Shown: positions 52,966 to 64,000 of the stretch, one piece after another
Numbering within the stretch: position 1 is the first letter of the stretch
Layout: every line of letters starts with the position of its first letter
NCBI RefSeq assembly: GCF_009834535.1
Contig: NC_045696.1
Coordinates: 44,642,001-44,706,000 of the forward strand
Reading direction: 5' to 3'
Origin: Camelus ferus
Lineage: Eukaryota
Length of the DNA stretch: 64,000 nucleotides
Position numbers and translations under genes: made by a program
The notes under the pieces: model-generated
What the model saw: the letters and a program-made list of their open reading frames with translations, nothing else
Databases searched by the model: none
What the model was told of the DNA's origin: nothing

Positions 52966-55900
52966 GTGAGCAGGGGCCTCGAAGCAGCCCCAGGCCGACC
53001 TGGGACGGGGGCAGTTTCCTAGGTCCCCAGCCGGGGCCTTGCACCCCCGTGGCGGTGCGCCCAGAAACGTAGGGGAGATAAGGGGACGGCGGTGCGGGCA
53101 CAGAGCTGGCCCTGGGTTCCCTCACCTGTGTCCCACGTTTGGGCTCGGCCGGTTAGCTCAAGTTCGGGCAGCGACTGGGGTCACTGGTTGAAATCTCCCG
53201 GAAGTTTGGGTGCGGCCGGGGTCGGGGCTCCAGGGGCCCGCGGGCAGGATTCGTCTGGCTCCCCCTACGGTTCCCTCCTGGGCGCGAGCTCTCGCCCTGT
53301 GACAGTCCCTCCAGTCTCTGAATATCAAAGTCCACGTCACTGCGCTCTGGGCAGTTTTTCTTTCGCTTAGCTCTGAGAGGCAATAACTCGCACTTTTTCC
53401 TGATAAATCCCCTGGTAACTTCCCCTGGGTATGAGGTGAAGGAGGGGTGCGAGGGATAGAAGAGAAAGGGAGGACCTTAATCACTCCCTTTAAAAACCTC
53501 CTAAAGCTTAGATCTGGTTTGGACGCCCCCTCCCCCATTGTCTGTGTGGGTGGTGAGGGTAGGGGTGGCGGCGGCAAAGAACGCAGCCTGGACTGGAATT
53601 CGCAGCCAGGTTTTTGAGCCCTTAGTGAGGGGGTTGTGGATTGTTCAGGACTTGTGATTCAACCTCAGTTCTAGTTCTGTATCGAGTCTCAGAAGAAAAA
53701 AAAGGGCAAAACCCCCTACAACTAATATATCTCGCCTGGGAATCCCTTTCCTCACCCTTGGGGACGTCCCCTGGCGTTGTCATCCTTAGACCTGCTGGGC
53801 GGCTGACGCGAGTGGGTCCTAACAGGGCATAATGTGTGCTCGCCGTCACTGGACAGAGCAGCAGGTTAATTTTTCGTTAGAGTTGAGGATTTGGGGGGAA
53901 ATTTTTCTTCTTCTGAAGTTTTGATGTTTAGCCCCTCGTAGACGGTTGCAAGTAAAACTCTTACTTCCTGTTATTTCGGCTTCTGTTTGTTCTCTTGACC
54001 TTTTCTTTAGTTTTCGTGAAAGAAAAACTCACTTCCTTTTCGCATTTTAATTTCTGCACATCCCTTCAGTTGTTGACTAGCTGAGGTCAAGGAAGAGATT
54101 TGAAAGCCTCTGAATCTCTCGAGGAAAAGGGGCAGAGTGGGGCTGTGGGCTCGAGTCCTAGTGTTTGTGAACTGCCGCTGCTGTGTGTTCGTGGTGCTGG
54201 CACGCGGGGGCGGGGGCCGCCCCCTCCCGATCTCTTTTTTAAAGTTACATTTCTGGTTGAGGTAATGAGCTCACCTGCTGTTGTTCTGAGGCTAGAGAAA
54301 GAGGCGTCTGTGACAAATCTCCGATTCTGGGGCGGGGACTGTGAAACGGGAGTTGAACCGGATTTAAAGCAGGTGGGGTGGGGTGAGAACACCCGGGAGG
54401 TGGGAAGGGGAGACCCCCTTGGGTTTGGCACGGTATGGATTTTCACTTTTTTCTTGATTCCAGTGTCCGATGTGGGAAGGAAGGGCACTCTGGAGCGGAG
54501 GGGAGAGGAAGGAGACTGAGGGTGATGCAGTTTGTAAAATGCAAAGATCCACACGCCCACTGTTGGTTTTCAGTTCAACCCCATCGCCACTTTTAGAGTG
54601 TAGACTTACCTACACCCCCACCCCGGGACCACACGCACACGCCCGATTTCCTTTTCGGTGCTGGAATTTCTTTTCAGTCGGGCCACCTCGGAGGACAGGT
54701 TTTTCCGCACATGTAACTGCTAAAAAGGGAGAGGTTCCGCTTTCAGATCTTCGCCGCGATTCTTTTGGCGCAGCCAGCTTACGTTTCTAGCCGGCACCCA
54801 GCTGCGCGCTTTCAGCCAGCCGGGGAGCGCGCTCTCACCGCCGCCAACTCGCGGCCGATCTGGAGGTCAGAAGCCTCAGACCCTCAAATCCGCGGTTTCC
54901 TTGAATTCACCAGGCTGGCATGTGCGCCAAGTTCTCGGTGCGTGGTCAGTGTGTTTTAAAAGACAGGATTATGGCACTAAAAGCTCTCTGTCGAGACTCA
55001 GGACTCAAGTCCTGGAGGGCAAGTGCGCCTCCTTCGGAGCCCTCTGCGAAGCTGAGCCCGGTGGGGGTGCAGTGCCAGTAGCTGGCTTAGTCCAAGGGAC
55101 TGACTGCCCTGCCTGCAAGCCCTTCATTTCCGGAGCAGTTTTGATAGTGAAAATAGAGTTTTTGAAACTGCCCCTTCAGGTCCTTTGGTCTGCAGTCGCT
55201 ACATAGTTATTGACATATTTTAGCCATGGCATGTTACCTGTTTTGAAGGGAGGGGGAGAATATCTGTGAACCACGGAACCTGAATTCGGAGATAAAGGCA
55301 ATGAAGTATATGCTTAGCATCCGAGGGAGTAGGAATCTCATTATTCTTGTAGAAAGAGCGTCAGCCTGTGGTGACATTTTGTATTGCTTTAAAAAAGGCT
55401 TTCCTTGATTATTTACAACAAGGAGGTGCGGCCCTGCGGTTAACTGTTTCTTCTCTTGAGTCAGCAGTGTGCACCCCTCTCTGAAATATTTTTTAATTGG
55501 TTACTAATATTATAGGGTTCGTTCCGAGACATAAACGCACTGAAAGCTTTTTTTTTTTTCTTTTCATAGTAAGACGTTATGTTGGGAATGTATCCGTTTA
55601 TCTCAATAGGCCTTGGGAAAAGCATCAATTCGTATAATGCCCTTTCAGGCTACCGGGTGTGGGGTCTTAAAATTCGTAATTTCAAAACTGAAAACTGCTT
55701 AGTAGTCAGCAAAATTGCTTTTTCCTTGATGATTTATTTAGTCTAATAGCAATTTATAATTTAATGAGGCACTATTTTCAGTAAACTGCTTTTCTAGTTT
55801 TGGTTCAGGACCATATACCTCCAGGCACTTGAGCAAGTCATTTCACCATTTTGGGCTTCAGCATTCTCATGTATAAGAGAAAGGATGAATTGGACCAGGG

Positions 55901-58239
55901 CTCTGCTCTGAGAGCTCTGCCAGCTCAAAATTCTGTTTCTAATGACCTAAGGTAAAAAGCCCATTTAGGCAAGGCACAGTCATTTTTTAATTGTACTTTA
56001 CTAATGCTTTCAGACAGTCTGGACAGACACAATTCATATAAATTCTATTCCTAGAGAAATGTCAATGGCTCCCAATTGCTAGTTTCCGTCTTTTCCCCCT
56101 ACTTTTATAAACTTATTGTATCTTGTGTTTACTCCTCCAGGCCTGAATAAGGCTATTTAAAAAACATATATGTATATACATAATACAGAGAGAATTAATC
56201 TCCTGTTCTTCTGGGAAAAGAGACATCAACAGTCGGAAAGAGTTTTAGGTCTTAAAAAAAAGCTTAATAAAAGCCATCCCTTCTGGAAGCCTGGCTCTAT
56301 TTAAACTGTGTGTATAGTTCCTAGAATGAAATGTAAGTGATGGCTGACGCTAATATGTTCATGTGAAAAAGCCTTATATGTATGCCCTAAAAATGTTCCT
56401 AAACAAAGAAGTTGATTTGTTCCATGGTTGTAAGCGCAATACAGAAGGCAATAGAAAATACTAATGCTTTCAGTTGTTTTCAAATCTGTAGAAATCCAAA
56501 ATACTTTCATGACCAGATTCCAAACTTCGTCATTTTAAAAAATTCAAACTAGCTTCTCTCTTAAAATAGAAATTTAAAAGGGAATGCTTGTTTACTGTTG
56601 ACTTATTAAAAAAGAAGAAAATCAATAAAAACCTACTTTAAGAGTCCTAAGTGTTAACAGAAGATTCTTTGTATTGGAATCAGTACTCCTGTGTTCAGTT
56701 TTTAGCTGTGCCATAAAAGAATGTTGTGACCTTGGGAAAGTTATTTTTCTATTCTGTAGAATTATCTGTAAAATTATCTCCCTATGTAATGCATAGTTCT
56801 GATTTTGGCGAGATTGGTAACTCCTTGCCCAGCATTTGAATTTTTCAAGTAAAACATGCTATATTAATTAAGACTTCTATTGCAGTCTCAATAGAATAAC
56901 ACTCTTTAATTTATTACCCTTAATTATCACTTTGACCATTTTATTAAAAACAGGCAAAAAATGTTTCCTTTTTCTCCTTTTTTTCTCCCTCAAGTTTTCA
57001 TGATACTAAACTAAACTTTGTAAAACTGAGCACTAAGTTGTCAGCATTACTTAGTGTAAGATGGCAGCATTTTGTCACATAGTATTTTAAATGCTTTATA
57101 ATCACCTTGTTTTATATTCCCAAACACGCCTCTTTCTGCTCTGGCCATTTATTCCACATAAAACGTCATCAAAGAGTTCTAGCTCTCTGAAGCTATTAAC
57201 TCAAGTAGACACATGCAATATATATCCCAAATATGCAGAAGAGCCACATTAGTGCGGCTATGATAAAAGAGGATCTCTGGGCCTGTGTGTCTACATAGAA
57301 ACTTGAATTCCTCTCAAATTGTTAATTTTATTCCTCACTGTTAGGTTTTCACAAAGGCCCATTTTATTTCTTATACATGAATCTATGTGGCATACTAAGA
57401 AGTGAGCTAACTCACTGGAATGCTAAAGAAAGTTTTCTTGGGTGTGGTGGGTGATGAATGAATATTTGATTATTACTTTTGGGTATCAACTCCTTTTTAT
57501 TTTCAATTAAAAAATGAAAAAGGCCAGAAAAATGTCTATTTATATTCTCAGTACTTTTTTTGTTAAGGCAGAAGTTCCCCTTCCCTATGGAGAACAAAGC
57601 CATGACTAAAATAATCTTCTCTATTTAAGAAGAGGATATTATAGGCTATTTGATAAGGTTAAATCCTCCAGTAACTACAAGTATCCCTATAGTGTACAAA
57701 GTATTATCATATATTTGGAGTTACTGATATTTTCATCCAGCTAATTCCTCTCTTTAAACCACAAAATTTATATTCTTTCCTCCCAACCTTATTGGACAGA
57801 ATACCATATATATTTCAGCTCGGACTAATTCCAAATGTGCTGTGGTATTCCGTAATTGTTTTATGGTAACCTATTATCATAGCCCATTATTGTAGTGTAT
57901 GTTCCAAGAATAAAATTAGCTTTTAGCGCTTCCTCTCTTATTTATCCAGTCAGTTCTCAATTATCCATTCCATTCAAGGGGAAATCAGGGTTGTGCACGA
58001 TCCAAAACAGTTTCTAAACAAAGGATTACATAATTCAACTTTGAGTTGAGGTGCTTCAGTGAACGTGACTTTGTCTGATCTTCTAGGAATTCATAATATT
58101 GCAACATAATGAAACTAAACTGTGGGAGAATAGACTAATCAAAAATTAGACGGGTATCCAGCATCCCTGGCTTGCTTCCCCCACTTTTTTCCCCTCTAAA
58201 GCTCTGTTTTCTACCACTCCATGAACCATTCATCTTGGT

Positions 58240-58342
58240 ATATCCAAGATAGTCCCAGTTTATGCCTGGTTTATTCATTTATCAGTGGTACCCTTTTCAC
58301 TCTCAAAAGGGCAGTTTGGATGACAAATTATATGGTCACCAT
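58240..58342. mobile_element. MER94-like hAT fragment
   Basis: gtcccagtttatgcctg...tttcactctcaaaag...tttggatgacaaattatatggtcacc. Confidence 0.6.
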
Positions 58343-59238
58343 AATTATTTAATGACTTGACTGTCTATGTGTCTGTCTTGGAATACTTAACTACAAGACA
58401 TGCATTCCTTATCCTGACAAACTGCATATTTCTAATCTTTTTTTTTATTTAAGTATCAGCTACTGTGAAGTATCAAAAAGGGGCTTTGTGTGTCCCCTTA
58501 ATGTCAAGTATAAGAGAGATTATACTCTGAAACCCAGAATACCATAGTAGCTGTGGAACATTAAAGATCCCATGGTTTGGAATGGAAACCAAATCCACCT
58601 GAGATGCCAAGAGACTAATGGTGTTTGAAATTCACCTGGGAGCTGTATTTAGCTATGGCATTACCTAGGGAAGGCCTATTTCAATTTGATCCTGAAATCA
58701 TTTCTTAACCAATTGCACGAATCCCATTCTGTTCCTCAGTGAGGTTTCTCAGTTGCTCCACTATCAATTTAGATCTAAAATAAATTACCAGGGATGTCTA
58801 TAAAACTGAAGAAAGGTCTCAAGTCTTTTTGTCCATATGAGCTACACTTCTATCAGTTAGATATGGTGACCTGACTTGGGGCAGCCAACATATGGTAGGA
58901 CAGTTGGTGCGGAGACTGACTATCCTAATTGGGCACTCACATGTTATTTGGATCAGCTGTCTCTGAGTGTCTCAGGTATTCAGAAAATTCCAAAAGTGGA
59001 TGGGGGTAGGAAAGGTGAGAGGGTATTTTCTAAGCACACAGGTAAAGGATGCCATAGATTTGTCTTTATTAATAGGACGGAATGAAGGGAGAGGACATTG
59101 GACACTGTGGCTAAAATTCTTGTCAGCATATTCTCTAATAGTTGGGAGATTTCTGGGTATAAAATTTACCTAAGTCCAAATCAAGCAAACAACCTAAAAA
59201 GAAGTTTAAGCTACTCTTACTGAAATTTTGAACCATGG

Positions 59239-59745
59239 TGTATTAGCTGACTGTGCCATAAAATAAAGTACTCCAAAGCACAGTGCTTTAAAACAGCCAT
59301 TTTATGTTGCTCATTATTTTGCAAGTTAGCAATTTAGTCTGGACAGTTCGGTGCTTCTCTGATTTTAGCTTGGTACCTTCGTTCTGCTGTAGTCTGGGGC
59401 GGGTCAGCCTAGGCAGCTTTGCTTCTGGGATTTGACTGGTTGTTGTTCATGGAAAACAAACTCTTCTCCATGGCCCTCCGTTTTCTAATAGGCTTCCCTA
59501 GGCTTGTTCTCTTGAAGGAAGCTGGGTTCCAAGAGAAAGCAGAAGTGGGCAAGTCTTTTTCCAGCGAACTGTCATTTCCGCCACATGCTGTTGGCTAAGA
59601 CAAGTTCCAAGCCCAGCTCAAATTCGAGGGTGGGGAAATCATCTCCATCTACTGAATGGAAGGAGCTAAAAAGACTTTGCAAAAGGTGTAGAGAAAGACC
59701 AGGAGAGAGAGTTAGGGTTATTTTTGCCATCAGTCTACCTCTCAC
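59239..59745 (-). mobile_element. old MaLR LTR (MLT1-type)
   Basis: tgtattag...cagtgctttaaaacagccattt...ctgttggctaagacaagt...aagcccag. Confidence 0.7.
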
Positions 59746-59935
59746 AATACTAGTAAGGGATGTGGCAGCAGCAAGGACCCTTACACGTCCTTAGCCCCAT
59801 GTTCATAATTTACACCCTCCTCTTTGAGAGCCTTGGGCAAGAAATATTATAGAGGCTCAAGCAGTGTGCAGGAAGAATACTGTTTCCTACTGCTCAAACC
59901 TTATCTTCCCCTGGAATGAAATCATGGAAAGTTGA

Positions 59936-59938
<3 letters not shown>

Positions 59939-59991
<53 letters not shown>

Positions 59992-60003
59992 AGAGGGAGA
60001 GAC
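59939..60003. repeat. (TG)n followed by (AG)n microsatellite
   Basis: About 24 perfect TG units, then agagagagggagagac. Confidence 0.95.
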
Positions 60004-60349
60004 AGGTTGAAGGGTTAAAGGCATGTGACTCATGATCAGAAACTAAAATGTAGTAGAAGAGGGGTTGTTGGAAAAATGAGAAAGTGCCTTAGGTGTTTAT
60101 CTTGTTCAGTTCTTTTACTTGACAGCTGAGATAGATGAAGACAGGTTAAGAGATTACATAAAATTCGGTAGAAAATTAACCACCATTTTTAGGGACAACA
60201 ATGTTCTTAGTTTGATGTATGTTTAGACCTATAGGTTCAAGATTTCAGAGCTATGAAGAACCTTAAAATTACTTGGCTACCTGTCTAAAGTCATACTGTT
60301 AACCAATCCAAGATTAAAACTCTTGTCAATTAACCATTCAACATACATA

Positions 60350-60720
60350 ACAGTATTCAATAAATATTTATTGAGTGTTCAATATGTGCAAAGCATTGTG
60401 CTTGGTGCTGGGGATACTGCAATAAACTAGTTACTGGGTAGTCGAGGTCCTGTCACTCCAAGAAATTGTGTTCTTAGTGTTCCCAGAGAAAACAGGCACC
60501 AAGCAACTAATTATATAGTTATTTGCTAGAATTTTTGCTAAGTACTACAAAGATATGTAAAGAGCATTTTACATCACTGTGGCCAGATTTGGTCTGGAGT
60601 TTAGGAAAAATCGGAAAGGCTCTTTTAGGAAGTGTTATCTGAAGTATGTGCTGAGGAGTAATCAAACAAAAGATACGAGCTGAGAGAATGGGATGAGTGA
60701 ACACACTAAGGTGGGAGGAA
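60350..60720 (-). mobile_element. L2 fragment
   Basis: tattcaataaatatttattgagtg...gcattgtgcttggtgctggggatac. Confidence 0.72.
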
Positions 60721-60879
60721 CATGACTTCTCACCCTGGAGGTGACCAGGGATTCCTTGAAGTTATTCAAATACTTTTTTTGTAATTTCCCTAATTTACTT
60801 ATAACTTGTGGGTCAGAAGAGGATCTTTTCGATCTTACTCAAATGCTTATACACTAGCAAATCTTTACATATGTACATC

Positions 60880-61520
60880 CCCACCTTAAAAATATCTGTG
60901 GAGCATGCTGTACACACCATTTTGTACCTTTCCTTTTTCACTTAGCAGCATATTTTGGAGGTTAAGAGAATATTTAATATCAGCATAGATAGCTCTACCT
61001 CATTTTTTAACATGGTGTATTGGAGTTTATTTGTACACACCATGATTAATTTAACCACTTCCCAGTTCTTGGAAATGTAGATTGTTTCAACTCTTCACTA
61101 TAAACAATACAGCAGTGAACATCCTAATAGTTGTTCTTATCCATATGTGTAATTATGTTGGCAGGAAAATTTCTTGGAAGTGAAATTGGTAAGTCAAAGA
61201 ATATGGATATTTTTCATTTAGAAAGAAATTCTAAATTTATAGTTTGAAGTGTGTACTGTATCGTATATTTCAAAGTTGCTAAGTAGATCTTAAAAGTTCT
61301 CATCACAAGAAAAAATTGTAACTATTTGCGGTGATGGATGTTAACTAGACTTATTGTGGTGATCATTTCTGCAATACACACATCTATCAAATCATTATAT
61401 TGTACACCTGAAATGAATATATGTCAATTATATCTCAATTAAAATAAAAGAGTATGTATTGTTAATCCCAACAAAAGTATATGGGGATGCACCTTCCCCT
61501 TACTTCCGCCATCACTCTGT
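60880..61520. mobile_element. antisense L1ME-type fragment with a sense L1MA-type 3' end inserted at about 61250-61450
   Basis: ttttcacttagcagcatattttggag (L1ME -); aaagttgctaag...gatcttaaaagttctcatcacaag...gtcaattatatctcaat (L1MA +). Confidence 0.75.
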
Positions 61521-63044
61521 GCTATTAATATAACTTTCTAAAAACCAGAATGATAATATGTTGGTTCTTATTTATTTAAAGCTTCTGGGAAAAAAATGAG
61601 GACTATAGGCATAATAGGCACACACACTCACATGCTGGGCAAAAGCTATAGATAGATTGGTGCCTAAATTTATTATACGTGAGATGGAGCCACAAATGGG
61701 GAAAGAAGTACATTTATTATGAATTATTATCTTGCTCTTTCCACATAAGATGCATGACTTAGAACATAAACCATGTAATCATAAGCCATATTTTTTTCCA
61801 TTTTGGAAGATTCATACTCTGTGGGATCAGATTAAGTGTAGCAGTGGATTAAGAAGCAACAAGATGTGAGCCTTAGGAGTAGTTGATAATGTTTTTGTTA
61901 CACAAATGGTTTCCAGATATTCATGTGAGTTCATCGCAGATACAATACACATTGTGTGAGTGGTCTAACTAATGCCATTTTGTAAACTCTGTATAATAGG
62001 TTTTACTAAACAGACCTCAGTTATTTTTAAGTAAATTGTATTTTGAACAGTTCTTCCAACAAGTTCATTTTAACAGGCTCGTTAGAATTGTTTACGAGCT
62101 GATAAAAAGTGCCATCTTCTGTAAATTTTTTATATAAAAATCAGTGCTATTAAGTATGTTTCACCCTGTAATTTTTGGACCTATTATGGAAAGGAGTAAA
62201 ATGTATTTTTATAGTCACTTTTATATAGAAAAACCATAAAAATACGTACATGAAGTGTTTTCAACAAGTATCTGTTGAAGATATATTTTTTAAAGCCAAC
62301 AAATATTCATAATGGACTTAATATTAGTATGCATATGCTGTAATTTTATGAATAAGGCAGTTTCTGCCTAGCATTTAATTTTAAATGTTCAAACTTGTGG
62401 CATTTATACTTCATTCTGCAAGCATTTTCTCTACCTGGTGATAGGTATGGCACTTTCCAAGAAAAATGCTTATGTTGGTCATAAGACATAGGTTTTGTAT
62501 TCTTGCAGGGATAGGCATGGCTCTAAATATGAATAATGCTTTTGATATCAGATCTAAGAGTAAAATGCAAAACATATTTGAATTTACCCTGTTGGATTAA
62601 TCTCCTACTCAGCCCAGCCCCAGCGGATGGTAATCTGGTTCTCAAATACAATTTTTCCTTTAGAAATCACTGATTAGTATATGATAAAATTGCTTTTCTT
62701 ATCATATTGGAATGGCAAATAAGTATCTGTTTACTAAAACAAAACCTGCATCTGCTTAGCTGTTTTTCTCTTTGCTGATAAGAAATATGTCTTCCTTCTA
62801 AAATAAATGATAAAACAGTAAAAAGAGTAGAGTTTCCAGTTATGGTCTGGAAGTTATCATTTTTTAGAATTGATCCAAAACATTTAACTAGAAAGGATTT
62901 GAGCTACCTGAGTAATGATTTTTTTTTGTATACAGTATGGCTATCCCTTAGTGATATTAAAAAATAATTGTTTATTTTTTATAGACTGTCAATGCTCACA
63001 GATTTCACAGTCAATACATAGCATATATTCCATTGCACACGAAA

Positions 63045-63235
63045 GAGCTCAAGAGCTTGGGCTATGGATCAGAGCATTAGTTTGATCACTAGCTCTTGTC
63101 TTTATTTTCTCATTTGTAAAATGAGGGTTACAATACTATCAAGTTCATCTGAGATGAATATTCAAAAAGATAGTGAATGTGTAGTGCATATCTCAGTGCC
63201 TGGCACACAGTGGACTCTCAACCAATAATAATCAT
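63045..63235 (+). mobile_element. MIR SINE
   Basis: ttctcatttgtaaaatgaggg...cagtgcctggcacacagt. Confidence 0.75.
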
Positions 63236-64000
63236 TATGAATCACATTTTTCATAATAATATAATAAATGTAAGTTTATTCATATCAGAAAAATACGTGA
63301 AATACCTCATTTTACCAGTTGGAAGATATGTTTAGTTCCACTGAAGTATATTTTTTTAGTTCCTATAACAAAATTGGAATTCATAGTCTTATTAGGATGT
63401 TTCATAGTCCCAGTATCTGTCAAGTAACTTTTCTGTTTTGTCATCTCAGGGAAAACAAAAGAAAAACACAAATGGAAAATTACAGCCTTAAAATGTGATT
63501 TCCCACAAACAAAAACCATTAAGGAAAAATAACACATGCTAAAATTGTTAAGACATATGTTATTTATAATATTATTCTTAGAAATTGATACTGCATATGT
63601 ATTTCTATAATTTGAAAGGTATTACAGCTTAGAAAGAGAAAAAAATTATTATAATGGAATTATTTTGAAGATAAAGTTATGATTTTAAACACAAGGCACA
63701 TTTTCTCAACTATAACTCAATAGAGGGAGCTCCACTACTTTCCTTTTATGAGCACTGTAGGATGCTTCTATTTATTATGATTTTCTGGTGACCTTTAATA
63801 GTGAAATTATGGAAAGTCTGTAATTTTAATATTAATGATATTTTAGAAATTGAATTATATTTTCCTCTTATTAGTGGAATTCAAAAAAGGCTTCTACAAA
63901 TAATATGTTTTCAACCCCTAGTTCTTAGTTCTCTGTACCCTTTGAATAATAAATCACTAGAAGAAATTAAAGTAGATATACTCTTGAGAAGCCTAATCCA

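Larger units (their letters stand above)
51800..55100. promoter_or_regulatory. CpG island over the ALCAM promoter, exon 1 and proximal intron 1
   Basis: Dense CpG and high GC, strongest at 51900-53350 and again at 54150-55100, against AT-rich CpG-poor flanks. Confidence 0.92.
52966..64000 (+). other. ALCAM: ALCAM intron 1 (continues beyond the window)
   Basis: Starts GTGAG. I saw no exon encoding the continuation (LGWYTVNS...) in the rest of the window. ALCAM intron 1 is known to be very long. Confidence 0.85.

Noticed and set aside
1..64000. CRISPR arrays, operons or prokaryotic defence systems
   Set aside because: No regularly spaced repeat-spacer arrays or dense coding sequence; the window is mammalian intergenic and intronic DNA.

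Overview
Mammalian (not prokaryotic) genomic DNA, almost certainly camelid: it carries three copies of a Vic-1-like tRNA-derived SINE and three copies of a camelid-type LINE-1 3' end. The only protein-coding sequence I can support is coding exon 1 of ALCAM (CD166) on the + strand (ATG 52893, 73 coding nt, MASKAAPSCRLVICLLISAAVLRP-G, GT donor at 52966). It lies in a CpG-island promoter; 52966-64000 is the start of intron 1. The 52 kb upstream is gene-poor and full of L1, L2, MIR, MaLR/ERVL LTRs and DNA-transposon fossils, and includes an env-less class III ERV remnant (22960-25720, - strand). The most interesting observations are: (1) a single uORF in the ALCAM 5' leader whose poly-Ile core is encoded by an in-frame (ATT)7 microsatellite; (2) an orphan CpG island about 13 kb upstream; (3) an ERV LTR/PPT junction that has become CpG-island-like while its own pol region is CpG-poor; (4) a SINE and an L1 inserted in tandem at one target site. 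Repeat family names are from visual recognition and their boundaries are approximate. I found no evidence for a novel multi-gene system.
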